NCBI GenBank assembly: GCA_044222475.1
Contig: JBGANF010000009.1
Span: 45,845 to 109,844 of the forward strand
DNA length: 64,000 nucleotides
Direction of reading: 5' to 3'
Source of the DNA: Polyangiaceae bacterium
GTDB lineage: Bacteria; Myxococcota_A; Polyangia; Polyangiales; Polyangiaceae
The translations under genes and the position numbers were made by a program. The notes beneath the pieces are model-generated. The model was not told where the DNA came from and made no database searches. It saw nothing but the letters and a program-made list of their open reading frames with translations. This document shows, in pieces, positions 37,218 to 46,441 of the stretch (position 1 is the first letter of the stretch; the number at the start of each line of letters is the position of its first letter).

Positions 37218-38447
37218 ATGCCTGCCCCGACCAGCTTCCCCAAGACCAAGATCAAGGTCCTCCTCCTCGAAGGGATCCACCAGAGCGCCGTCGAGCTCTT
37301 CGCCAAGGAGACCTTCCAGGTCGAGTCGGTCAAGGGCGCGCTCAAGCCGGAGGAGCTCCGCGAGCGCATCGCCGACGTTCACCTCCTCGGCATCCGCTCG
37401 AAGACCCACGTCGATGCGAAGAGCCTCGCGGCGGCCGACAAGCTCCTCGCGCTCGGATGCTTCTGCATCGGCACGAACCAGGTCGACCTCGGTTCGGCGA
37501 ACGAGCACGGCGTACCTGTCTTCAACGCGCCGTTCTCGAACACGCGCAGCGTCGCCGAGCTCATCATCGCGGAGATCGTCGTCCTCGCGCGCCAGCTCGG
37601 CGACCGCAGCCGCGAGGTCCACGAAGGGAAGTGGCGCAAAGTCGCGACCGCCTGCCACGAGATCCGCGGCAAGACGCTCGGGATCGTCGGCTACGGCCAC
37701 ATCGGCTCGCAGGTCGGCGTCCTCGCCGAGGCGATGGGCATGCGCGTCCTCTTCTTCGACGTCGCGACCAAGCTCCCGATGGGGAACAACCGCTCGCAAG
37801 GCAGCCTCTACGATCTCCTCGGCGAGAGCGACTTCGTGACGCTCCACGTACCGGCCACGAAAGAGACCGAGCGCATGATCGGTCCGAAGGAGCTCGCCGC
37901 GATGAAGAGGGGCGCGCACCTCCTCAACGCGAGTCGCGGGAGCGTCGTCGACATCTCGGCCCTCGCCGAGGCGATCAAGAAGGGCCACGTCGCGGGCGCT
38001 GCCGTCGACGTCTACCCCGACGAGCCAGAGACCAACTCCGACGGATTCGAGTCCGAGCTCCGTAACCTGCCGAACGTGCTTCTCACGCCGCACATCGGTG
38101 GGTCGACCGAGGAAGCTCAAGAGGCCATCGGGCGCGAAGTGGCGACCTCGCTCATCAAGTTCACCAACGTCGGCTCGACGGCGGGCTCGGTGAACTTCCC
38201 CCAGATCGACGTCGCGCCGACGCGCGGGGCGCACCGGATCCTCAACGTCCACAAGAACGTCCCCGGCGTACTCGGCGCGGTGAACCGCATCGTGAGCGAT
38301 CTCGGAGCGAACATCCGCGCCCAGACCCTCGCAACCGACAACCACGTCGGCTACCTCGTGATGGACCTCGAGCAGGACGTCTCGAGCGACGTCGCGAACG
38401 CGATCGCCGCGCTGTCGACGAACATCCGCACGCGGATCCTGTACTAG
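37218..38447 (+). CDS. serA: D-3-phosphoglycerate dehydrogenase (E. coli type, C-terminal ACT)
   Basis: GIRSKT, FCIGTNQVD, NAPFSNTRSVAE, GYGHIG, TPHIGGSTEEAQ. Confidence 0.96.
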   Translation: MPAPTSFPKTKIKVLLLEGIHQSAVELFAKETFQVESVKGALKPEELRERIADVHLLGIRSKTHVDAKSLAAADKLLALGCFCIGTNQVDLGSANEHGVPVFNAPFSNTRSVAELIIAEIVVLARQLGDRSREVHEGKWRKVATACHEIRGKTLGIVGYGHIGSQVGVLAEAMGMRVLFFDVATKLPMGNNRSQGSLYDLLGESDFVTLHVPATKETERMIGPKELAAMKRGAHLLNASRGSVVDISALAEAIKKGHVAGAAVDVYPDEPETNSDGFESELRNLPNVLLTPHIGGSTEEAQEAIGREVATSLIKFTNVGSTAGSVNFPQIDVAPTRGAHRILNVHKNVPGVLGAVNRIVSDLGANIRAQTLATDNHVGYLVMDLEQDVSSDVANAIAALSTNIRTRILY

Positions 38448-38771
38448 GGCGTGTCTTCATAGTCGGCGGCGCTCGTCCTCGTCCTCGTGCTCGTCCTCGT
38501 GCTCGTGCACGTCGTGGTGCGCGTGCGCGTGCGCGATCGCGACTGCTTTTCCTGGTCGAGACTGCGCTCGCGAATCTCTTTTCCATCCGGCTCGACGTGT
38601 GTGGAATCGACGCATACGTCGCACCCGTCGTCGCGCAGAGACCCGATCGTCACTGTGTTGAGCACGATTTGTCGCCGATCGCGCACGCGCACGCGCACGC
38701 GCACGAGGAGGAGGACGAGCACGAGTACGAGTACGAGTACGAGTACGAAAGCGGATTATGAAGACAGGCCT
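38447..38771. mobile_element. 325-bp MITE-like palindromic element
   Basis: 21-bp terminal inverted repeats (17/21 match), TA on both sides, internal (CTCGTS)n/(GCGCGT)n arms mirrored by (ACGCGC)n/(ACGAGY)n; no transposase. Confidence 0.65.
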
Positions 38772-38778
38772 TAGCCAC

Positions 38779-39192
38779 CTAGTCGCAGTCGACCGCGACG
38801 AACTGGACGTAGCAGCACGACTCCGGGCTCTTGCACGTCTCTTTGGCGCTGAACCGTACCTTCCCAGGGAACGAGCTGCTTCGAGCCCACGCTTCGTGCT
38901 CGGTCGGGCACGCAGGAAACCACTTCTGCCACGCGCTGCGCACGGGAGACGGCGGCACGCACTTCACCTCGCGCCGAAACGAGCACTCCGCCGCGGGAGC
39001 GACGGGCTCGGGCAGGTCCTTCGGGTCGTAGGAGCACGCTCCGGCTGGCGCCGAAGCCGCCGGAGCCGCCGAGGCGCTCGCGGAAGCGCTCGCCACCGGA
39101 GCCCCCGCGTCATCCCAAGTCGGTACCGGAGCCGCCGCACGACCGCACCCTGCGGCCGCCAGCAGCAGCGCTCCGGCGCACACCCGCTTCAC
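38779..39192 (-). CDS. Cys-rich lipoprotein, paralog 2
   Basis: lipobox AAGC, Ala/Ser linker, 8-Cys domain; GTGA overlap with paralog 1. Confidence 0.8.
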   Translation of the reverse strand: MKRVCAGALLLAAAGCGRAAAPVPTWDDAGAPVASASASASAAPAASAPAGACSYDPKDLPEPVAPAAECSFRREVKCVPPSPVRSAWQKWFPACPTEHEAWARSSSFPGKVRFSAKETCKSPESCCYVQFVAVDCD

Positions 39193-39596
39193 CGACACGC
39201 TCCAGCGACGAACTGGACGTAGCAGCACTGGTCGGGCTTCGCGGCGCAGGTCTCCTTCGCGCTGAACAGCGCCTTGGTCGGGATGGTGCTGTCGGCCCAC
39301 GGCTTTCCCTCTTTGGGACAATAGGGAAACCACTTCTGCCACGCGCTGAGCGCGGGCGACGACGGTACGCACCGCACCTCGCGATGGAACAGACACTCGA
39401 CCGCGGGAGCGACGGGCTCCGGCAAGTCCTTCGGATCGTACGAGCACGTCCCGGCGTCCGGAGCGGAAGCGGAAGCGGAAGCGGAAGCGGAAGCGGAAGC
39501 CAGCGGTGCACCGGCTTCATCCCAACTCGGTACGGGCGCCGCCGTGCGTCCGCACGACGCGACTAGCATCCCGACGATCACACGCGCTCTCTTCAT
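39189..39596 (-). CDS. Cys-rich lipoprotein, paralog 1
   Basis: lipobox VASC, (AS)n linker, the same 8-Cys domain. Confidence 0.8.
   Translation of the reverse strand: MKRARVIVGMLVASCGRTAAPVPSWDEAGAPLASASASASASASAPDAGTCSYDPKDLPEPVAPAVECLFHREVRCVPSSPALSAWQKWFPYCPKEGKPWADSTIPTKALFSAKETCAAKPDQCCYVQFVAGACR
39463..39498. repeat. (GCGGAA)6 in-frame microsatellite encoding Ala-Ser linker
   Basis: six perfect copies. Confidence 0.9.
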
Positions 39597-39707
39597 TCCC
39601 ATTCCGAATCCCCTTCCACATTCCGCCGAATTCGTCTTTCTCACCTGATGGATCGCGCGTCCCCCAAGGTGCGCGCCTGTCCTCCCATCGCAGACACCTC
39701 CTACAAT

Positions 39708-39729
39708 GAAGGACTTATAGAAGTCCTTC
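39708..39729. promoter_or_regulatory. perfect palindrome GAAGGACTT-N4-AAGTCCTTC, candidate enhancer (UAS)
   Basis: 9-bp arms, about 80 bp upstream of a sigma54 -24/-12 element. Confidence 0.55.
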
Positions 39730-39809
39730 CAGAAATCGACCTCCACAAGTGTTCAATATGATTCATCTAAACACCTGAACGGAGGGACCACCACCATTTC
39801 GTGCAGCAC

Positions 39810-39825
39810 TGGCAAGGTGTTTGCA
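39810..39825 (+). promoter_or_regulatory. sigma54 -24/-12 promoter
   Basis: TGGCAAGGTGTTTGCA, GG-N10-GC spacing, 36 nt before ATG 39862. Confidence 0.75.
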
Positions 39826-39861
39826 CTATGCAGTGGTTGCAACCCACAAGGAGTTCTTACC

Positions 39862-40224
39862 ATGTCGATTTCCGTCCGTTCGCTCCCCACCGTCTCGAAG
39901 GCTCAGGCTCCCGCGCAGAAGCGCCTCGGGCTCGCCGCTCACGTCCTCCGCGCCCTCGCCGAGGCGCAGGTCGAAGGTCGTCGGATGGACCTCGACACCC
40001 TCGCCGCCGACCTCGGCATCGAGTCCGACGACGGCACCGCCGAGGAAGGCATCCGCGTCCGCAAGCTCCGCCGCGAGGACGTCCGCGCCGCCGTCAGCCA
40101 GCTCGACAGCGAAGGCTTCGTCGACGCGTCGCGCATGCGCCTCACGCTCGCCGGTTTCGCGATGGGCAACGCGCTCTCGTCGCGCCAAGCGAAGATGATG
40201 CCGCTCCACCTCGTCGTCGGCTGA
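39862..40224 (+). CDS. small hypothetical protein, winged-helix-like
   Basis: AAGGAG RBS; 'MDLDTLAADLGI...REDVRAAVSQLDSEGFVD..RMRLTLAG'. Confidence 0.7.
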   Translation: MSISVRSLPTVSKAQAPAQKRLGLAAHVLRALAEAQVEGRRMDLDTLAADLGIESDDGTAEEGIRVRKLRREDVRAAVSQLDSEGFVDASRMRLTLAGFAMGNALSSRQAKMMPLHLVVG

Positions 40225-40272
40225 GCTCCTCGACGCGCCCAGAAGCGCTCCTGGACGCGCCCAGAAGCGCTC
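40225..40272. repeat. 22-bp tandem duplication
   Basis: GCTCCT(C/G)GACGCGCCCAGAAGC x2 plus GCTC, between convergent genes. Confidence 0.85.
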
Positions 40273-40277
40273 TAGCC

Positions 40278-41462
40278 TTACTTCTTCAGCTTGTTCTTCA
40301 AGAGATCGCCGAACGTGCCCAGGCTCTTGCCCGCGCTCGCGATGTCTTTGTGGGCCTCGAAGTCGGCGCGCTCCGCCGCGTCCTTCGCGCCCTTCACCGA
40401 GAGCTTCAGCCGCCCGTCCCCCGTCTCGAGGACCTTGGCCGTGAGCTCGGTTCCCTCGGGGAAGGTCTTTCGTAGATCCGTCCCGCGCGGCACACCGAGC
40501 TCGGCGCTCGGAATCAGCCCGCGGCCTTCGCGCCCTTCGGTCCCCTCGAGCTGGACGAAGACGCCGTAGGTCTCGATCCGAACGACCTTCCCTTTGACGA
40601 CCGAGCCGATCGCCGCCCGCGGCCCCGCCTTCTGCGCCGGCCGCTCCGGCGCGGGCATCAGCGACTTCAGCGAGAGCGTGATCTTCTTTCCGTCTTCCTT
40701 GATCTCCAGGACCTGCGCCTCGACCGTCTCGCCAGCCTTGATCTTGTCGGCCACCGCGACGCCGCGCTCGTGACCGAGCTCCGACGCGGGGAGCAGCGCT
40801 TCGATCCCGCCGATGTCGACGAAGGCGCCGAACTCGCGGACGGCCGTCACGGTGCCGCGCACGATCTTGCCCTTCTCGAGCGTCGCCAGGGCGCGCTCGC
40901 GGGCTTCGCGCGCGTCGGCTTCGAGCAGCCGGCGGCGCGAGAGAACGATGCTTCGCCCGCCGTCCTTGATCTCGGTGACGGCGAACGTCGTCGTGGTCCC
41001 GACCAGGTCTTTCCCTTCGGTTCCGCGCGCGCCGAGCTGCGAGTTGGGGCAGAACCCGCGGACGCCCTTGCCGAGGTCGACCTCGATGCCGCCCTTGTTG
41101 ACGCCGGTGACCTTGCCCTCGACGCCGGCGCCCGAGTCGCGCGCGAGCTCGAACGACGCGAGGTCGGTCGCGCGCCCGAGTGACTTGCCGAGACGGACGG
41201 CGCCGCTCTGCTCGTCGACGCTGAGGACCTTCGCCCGCACCGTGTCGCCGACGGCGAGATCGATGGTGCCGTCGGGGTTGTTCAGCTCGACGCGATCGAT
41301 CATCGCTTGCTGCTTGCCGTCGAGCTCGACGAACACGGTGTCGCGTCCGACCTGGACGACGACGGCTTCGATCGCCTCACCGACCCGGACCTTGCGACGG
41401 CCAGCGGCGGCTCCGGCTTTTCCCTGGGCCTCGAACAGTGCGGCGAAGCTATCGTCGGACAT
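40278..41462 (-). CDS. S1 RNA-binding domain protein (short RpsA-like paralog)
   Basis: four S1-like repeats (e.g. FGAFVDIGG, YGVFVQL); C-terminal SLGTFGDLLK. Confidence 0.88.
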   Translation of the reverse strand: MSDDSFAALFEAQGKAGAAAGRRKVRVGEAIEAVVVQVGRDTVFVELDGKQQAMIDRVELNNPDGTIDLAVGDTVRAKVLSVDEQSGAVRLGKSLGRATDLASFELARDSGAGVEGKVTGVNKGGIEVDLGKGVRGFCPNSQLGARGTEGKDLVGTTTTFAVTEIKDGGRSIVLSRRRLLEADAREARERALATLEKGKIVRGTVTAVREFGAFVDIGGIEALLPASELGHERGVAVADKIKAGETVEAQVLEIKEDGKKITLSLKSLMPAPERPAQKAGPRAAIGSVVKGKVVRIETYGVFVQLEGTEGREGRGLIPSAELGVPRGTDLRKTFPEGTELTAKVLETGDGRLKLSVKGAKDAAERADFEAHKDIASAGKSLGTFGDLLKNKLKK

Positions 41463-41482
41463 GGGTTTTCCTTAGCACGAGA

Positions 41483-42880
41483 TCAGAAGATTTTTCCCGG
41501 GTTGAGCGTGCCCTTCGGGTCGAGGACGCCCTTCATCGCGCGCATCAGGGCGATCTCCGCCGGGGTGCGTGTATAATGCAAGAAATCCTTCTTCAGGAGC
41601 CCGATGCCGTGCTCGGCCGAGATGCTCCCGCGGTGCTTCCTCACCAGGTCGAACATCACGTCGTCGGCCGAGTGGGTCTCGGCGAGGAAGGCCGCGCGAT
41701 CCATCGCGTCCGGCTTCATGACGTTGACGTGGAGGTTGCCGTCGCCGATGTGACCGAAGAGGCAGATCTCCCACCCGGGGTACCGCGCGGCGAACACGCC
41801 GTCGAGCTCGGCGCAGAACGCGGCGAGCGCGGCGATGGGGAGCGCGATGTCGTTCTTGTGGGGCGTACCGGTCGCCGAGAGGCTCTCGGAGATCCCCTCG
41901 CGTAGACCCCAGAGCTCGCTCGCCTCGCGCGCGTGCTGAGCCAGGACGCCGTCGGCGGCGAGCCCTCCCTCGAAGACGCCGGAGACGAACGACTCGAGCG
42001 CGGCGTCGTCGGCTTCGAGCTCGACGAGGACGTAGTGCGTGTGCTTCTCGGCGAACGGATCGCGGAGCTTGCGGTGCACGAGGACGCGCTCGAGGCACGC
42101 GCGGGTGAAGAACTCGTACGCGGAGAGGACGAACCCGCTCGATCGCACGTGACGAAAGAGCGCCAGCACGCCGGCGAGGTCCGGAACGGCGAACACCATC
42201 ACCCGCGCTTTTCCGGGGAGCGGACAGAGCTTGAGCGTCGCTTCGGTGACGACGCCGAGGATCCCCTCGCTGCCGATGAAGAGCTGGCGCAGATCGATTC
42301 CGGTGTTGTTCTTCTCGAGCCCACCGCCGAGCTCGAGGATGCTCCCGTCGGCGAGGACGACCTCGAGACCGAGGACCCACTGCCGCGTGAGGCCGTAGCG
42401 GATGACCCGGACGCCGCCAGCGTTCGTCGCGATGTTGCCGCCCACGTGGCTCGATCCTTTCGACGCGAAGTCGACCGGCCACGTCAGACCGGAGGCGGCG
42501 CAGTGCGCGTGCACGGCTTCGGTGACCGCGCCTGCTTGCACGCGCACCGTCTGTCCGAGCTCGTCGACCGGGTCCATGCGTCGCATCTTCGCGAGCGACA
42601 GCACGAGCTCTCCGTCCTTCGCGACCGCGCCACCGGCGAGACCCGTCCGCCCGCCCGATGGCACCACCGCGAGACCGCGCTCGTTCGCGAACCGCAGCGT
42701 CGTCGCCACGTCTTTCGTGGACTTCGGAAAGACGATCGCTGTGGGGAGAGGTACGAGCCCGCTCGCCTTGGCGCTCCAGTCCTTGCCGTATTCGGCGAGG
42801 TCTCCGGCGTCGATCGTGACGGCGTCGGCGCCGAGAAGACCCCTCAATTCTTCGAGCGATTCCGCGGAAGGACGTGCCAT
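41483..42880 (-). CDS. FAD-linked oxidase (D-2-hydroxyglutarate/D-lactate dehydrogenase-like)
   Basis: PSGGRTGLAGGA, GGNIATNAGG, FIGSEGILG, GHIGDGNLH, SAEHGIG, LNPGK. Confidence 0.88.
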   Translation of the reverse strand: MARPSAESLEELRGLLGADAVTIDAGDLAEYGKDWSAKASGLVPLPTAIVFPKSTKDVATTLRFANERGLAVVPSGGRTGLAGGAVAKDGELVLSLAKMRRMDPVDELGQTVRVQAGAVTEAVHAHCAASGLTWPVDFASKGSSHVGGNIATNAGGVRVIRYGLTRQWVLGLEVVLADGSILELGGGLEKNNTGIDLRQLFIGSEGILGVVTEATLKLCPLPGKARVMVFAVPDLAGVLALFRHVRSSGFVLSAYEFFTRACLERVLVHRKLRDPFAEKHTHYVLVELEADDAALESFVSGVFEGGLAADGVLAQHAREASELWGLREGISESLSATGTPHKNDIALPIAALAAFCAELDGVFAARYPGWEICLFGHIGDGNLHVNVMKPDAMDRAAFLAETHSADDVMFDLVRKHRGSISAEHGIGLLKKDFLHYTRTPAEIALMRAMKGVLDPKGTLNPGKIF

Positions 42881-42925
42881 CGAACGCGCAACTTGCCCGG
42901 CTTCGTGATACCTCTCAAGCGAAGA

Positions 42926-45508
42926 ATGGCGCACGAGGACGCAGCCGCCTGGGCTGTGGGTCGCTACACGATCCACGGCGAGCTCGCTTCGGGCGGGATG
43001 GCGACGGTGCACATCGGGCGGATGGGCGGTGACGCGGGCTTCAACAAGCTCGTCGCCGTCAAGCGGATGCACCCGCAATTCGCCAAAGATCCCGACTTCT
43101 TGGCGATGTTCCTCGACGAGGCGCGCCTCGCCGCGCGCATCCGCCACCCGAACGTCGTGCAGCCGGTCGACGTCATCGTGGAGGGCAACGAAGTCCTCCT
43201 CGTCATGGAGTACGTCCACGGCGAGGCGCTCTCTCGCATCAACCGCACGCTGCGTGGTCGAAATGAGCGGATCCCCCTGCGGATCGCCGTGTCGATCATG
43301 GCGGGCGTCCTTCACGGGCTCCACGCTGCGCACGAGGCGAAGAGCGAGCGCGGGGAACCGCTCGGCATCGTCCACCGCGACATGTCCCCGCAGAACATCA
43401 TCGTCGGGACCGACGGCGTCGCGCGCGTGCTCGACTTCGGCATCGCGAAAGCCGCCGACCAAGTCCACATGACGCGCGAGGGCGAGCTCAAAGGGAAGCT
43501 CGTCTACATGGCGCCCGAGCAGATCCTCGGTGAGCCGGTCACGCGACGCAGCGACATCTTTTCGACGTCCGTCGTGCTGTGGGAGGAGCTCACCGGCACG
43601 CGTCTGTTCGAGAGCGAGTCGGCGTCGCCGCTCGCGTCGCGCATGAAACAGCAGAAGATCGATCGGCCGAGCGACTACGCGCCCGAGGTGCCGAGCGTCC
43701 TCGACGAGGTGGTGCTGAAGGGTCTCGCGCTGGCGCCCGAGGCTCGCTGGGCCACCGCGCGCGACATGGCGCTCGCGCTCGAAGAGGCCGTCTCTCCGGC
43801 GACGCATACCCAAGTCGCGGCGTGGGTCGAAGAGGTCGCAGCCAAGGCGCTCGCGGAGCGCTCGGCGCGCATCGCCGCGATCGAGGCCGAAGGCGCCGAC
43901 ACGTCGCAGAACATCCGGAAGCTCGCCGAGGACATCGCGTCCGATCGCTTGATGACGCGCGACGTGATCTCCTCTCGCACCTCGCCGGGCAAGGGCGGAA
44001 CCGGGAGCGGCATTCGGCCGCTCCTCCCGTCGCGCTCGGGCGACCGTCCCTCGCAGACCGGGCGAACGCCCGCGCCCGCCACACCGCGGTCGGCGAGCCG
44101 ATCGAATCCGCCACCACCGCCGAGCGGTGGCCCGATGCCACCGCCGCCCCCGCCTGCCGCCGACCGCGTGTCCCGACCACCCGATCTGCGACCCGCGGAC
44201 CTGCCGCCTCCGTCGTACAAGATGCCCATCGCCGTGTCCGAGCGCGACGCGTTCTACGTGCCGCCCGCGGGCTCGGAGCAAGGGCCCATGGCGCCGCCCC
44301 CGACGCTCGCCGCGCCGCCGATCCCGACGACGCTCGCCGCACCGGCAAAGACGACCGTGCACAAGGTCCCCGCGCGGGGCCGGGGCGCGTGGCTGTTCGC
44401 CCTGTTCGGGATCGTGATCATCGCGCTCATCGTGTCGGCGCCGTTCCTCGCGAAGCGGAACCTGCAGCAGACGCTCCAGGCCGAGGGCATCCACGCCGAG
44501 CTCGACGAGGTCGACCTCTTGTCCCAGCTCGGGTCGATGCGCCTCGTCGGCGCGACGTTCACGTCGCCGGACGTGCCCGGCGTCTCGGTGCACTCGAAGG
44601 AGGTCATCGTCGAGCTGAACAACGACCTCAGCCCGACGTCGATCACCTTCCGCGATGCAGACGTGACGATCGACGCGTCCTACCCGTCGCTGCTCGACTC
44701 ACTCGACGCGTGGTCGAAGAAGCACGCGACGACGACGCCCTCGGGCTTCCCGGAGACGATGACTCACCTCCGGGTGGAGTCGGCCCACGTCAAGTGGTCG
44801 CAGATCTCCGGCGCCGGCACCGTCCTCGAAGCGAAGAGCCTGGTGCTCGACGTCCCGCGAAGCCAAGGACGACCGCTCGGCGCCGACTTCATCATGAACC
44901 CGACGTCCCTCAACGTCACCGCGTGGGGCGTGACCGCAGGACCCTGGCTGCTCGACGTCAAGCGCGACGGCAAGACGCTGAAGGCGCACCTCGCGTTCGA
45001 TCAGACGCAGCCGATGACGTACCTGATGGACGTGACCTCGGACGACGCGAGCACCACGGTCGACCTGCGGATCCCGAAGGCCAAGCCGAGCGAGCTCGGG
45101 CTCAAACCGGAGTCCTTCGGCGGCGCCGCCGCGGATCCGGTGATCGTCGACAGCACCATTCACGCCGTCGTCACCAAGGACAAGCTCGACGCGAACGGGA
45201 GCATCGCGGTGGAGGCTCTGCGGGCCCCGAACGGCCCGCCGGCTGGGTTCCTGCTCGACGGGAGCTTGAGCGGACCGCGCACCGGGACGGAGCTCCTCGG
45301 TGGGCACGTCAACTTCGGCGCCGGAACGTTCCCGGCGACCGCCAAGGTGACCGTCACCGCCGACGCGATCTCCGTCAAGCTGACCGTTCCGCTCGCGATC
45401 AAGTGCGACGGTGGCTCTCCACCCGCGACCTTGACCGTCTCCGTGGACACGAGAAACCTCGGCGCGGCCACCGCGGATTTCGCGCCGCGCGCCTGCGTAC
45501 GGAAGTGA
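42926..45508 (+). CDS. membrane Ser/Thr kinase with Pro-rich linker and beta-rich C-terminal domain
   Basis: SGGMATV, VAVK, HRDMSPQN, DFG, YMAPE; TM WLFALFGIVIIALIV. Confidence 0.9.
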   Translation: MAHEDAAAWAVGRYTIHGELASGGMATVHIGRMGGDAGFNKLVAVKRMHPQFAKDPDFLAMFLDEARLAARIRHPNVVQPVDVIVEGNEVLLVMEYVHGEALSRINRTLRGRNERIPLRIAVSIMAGVLHGLHAAHEAKSERGEPLGIVHRDMSPQNIIVGTDGVARVLDFGIAKAADQVHMTREGELKGKLVYMAPEQILGEPVTRRSDIFSTSVVLWEELTGTRLFESESASPLASRMKQQKIDRPSDYAPEVPSVLDEVVLKGLALAPEARWATARDMALALEEAVSPATHTQVAAWVEEVAAKALAERSARIAAIEAEGADTSQNIRKLAEDIASDRLMTRDVISSRTSPGKGGTGSGIRPLLPSRSGDRPSQTGRTPAPATPRSASRSNPPPPPSGGPMPPPPPPAADRVSRPPDLRPADLPPPSYKMPIAVSERDAFYVPPAGSEQGPMAPPPTLAAPPIPTTLAAPAKTTVHKVPARGRGAWLFALFGIVIIALIVSAPFLAKRNLQQTLQAEGIHAELDEVDLLSQLGSMRLVGATFTSPDVPGVSVHSKEVIVELNNDLSPTSITFRDADVTIDASYPSLLDSLDAWSKKHATTTPSGFPETMTHLRVESAHVKWSQISGAGTVLEAKSLVLDVPRSQGRPLGADFIMNPTSLNVTAWGVTAGPWLLDVKRDGKTLKAHLAFDQTQPMTYLMDVTSDDASTTVDLRIPKAKPSELGLKPESFGGAAADPVIVDSTIHAVVTKDKLDANGSIAVEALRAPNGPPAGFLLDGSLSGPRTGTELLGGHVNFGAGTFPATAKVTVTADAISVKLTVPLAIKCDGGSPPATLTVSVDTRNLGAATADFAPRACVRK

Positions 45509-46440
45509 TGGGACTCGCACCGGGCCAGCTCCTCGGGAAACGGTTCACCCTCGGCTCGCTGCTCGCGCGCGGAGCCATGGGCGAAGTCTGGTCGGCCCAA
45601 GACCGCGACACCGGAGCCGAGGTCGCGGTCAAGACGCTGCGAGACTCCGCGCTGTCGATGCCCAACGTGACGCAGCGGTTCGAGCGCGAGGCCGACGTCC
45701 TCTCGAGGATCAAGAACCCGCACGTCGCGGAGCTCGTGGCGACGGTCCAGACCGACGGGCGGCTGCACATCGTGATCGAGCGGCTCGTCGGCGAAACGCT
45801 GGAGGAGCGACTTCGCCGACTCCGCGTGATGACACTCCACGAACTTCGTCCCATTTTGGTACAAGTGCTGGTCGGCCTCGCCGCCGCTCACGCAGCGGGC
45901 GTCATCCACCGCGACCTCAAGCCCGAGAACGTGTTCCTCGTCGTCAAGGGCGGCCGCGAGACCGCCAAGGTCATCGACTTCGGCGTATCCCGCGCCGCGA
46001 GCGACGACGAGCACGAAGGGCTGACGACGGAGGGCGCGACCCTCGGCTCGCTCGGCTACGTCGCGCCCGAGCAGCTCGCCAACCCGTCGACGGTGGACGC
46101 CCGCGCCGACGTCTACGCCGTCGGCGCGATCGCGTTCCGCGCGCTCACCGGCGCCCTCCCCTTCCCCGAGAAGACCGGGCTCGGTCTGGTGCAGCTCAAG
46201 CGCGACTTCGAGGCGCCCACGCTCGACGAGGCCACCGGTAGCCCTTGGCCGGAGGACGTGAAGCAGTTCGTCGCGCGTTGCCTCGCGCGCGACCGGCAGG
46301 CGCGGTACGCCTCGGCCGACGAGACGCGCACCGCGCTCCAGACCCTCGGCCAAGTGCAGATCAACCTGCCGCGACCCGTGGGGTTCGACGCCGAATCGAC
46401 CTCCACCATGACGCACGCTCCGCGAAAGAAGAAGACCTGA
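45508..46440 (+). CDS. cytoplasmic Ser/Thr protein kinase
   Basis: RGAMG, VAVK, HRDLKPEN, DFG, APE; TGATG overlap. Confidence 0.92.
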   Translation: MGLAPGQLLGKRFTLGSLLARGAMGEVWSAQDRDTGAEVAVKTLRDSALSMPNVTQRFEREADVLSRIKNPHVAELVATVQTDGRLHIVIERLVGETLEERLRRLRVMTLHELRPILVQVLVGLAAAHAAGVIHRDLKPENVFLVVKGGRETAKVIDFGVSRAASDDEHEGLTTEGATLGSLGYVAPEQLANPSTVDARADVYAVGAIAFRALTGALPFPEKTGLGLVQLKRDFEAPTLDEATGSPWPEDVKQFVARCLARDRQARYASADETRTALQTLGQVQINLPRPVGFDAESTSTMTHAPRKKKT

Positions 46441-46441
46441 C

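Noticed and set aside
38444..38774. ORFs with VLVLV/RTRTR/STSTS runs, and a possible CRISPR array
   Set aside because: These are translations of hexamer microsatellites. There is no repeat-spacer periodicity and no cas genes.
40225..40272. 22-bp direct repeat as a mini-CRISPR or att site
   Set aside because: Two adjacent copies with no spacer and no integrase; a simple tandem duplication.
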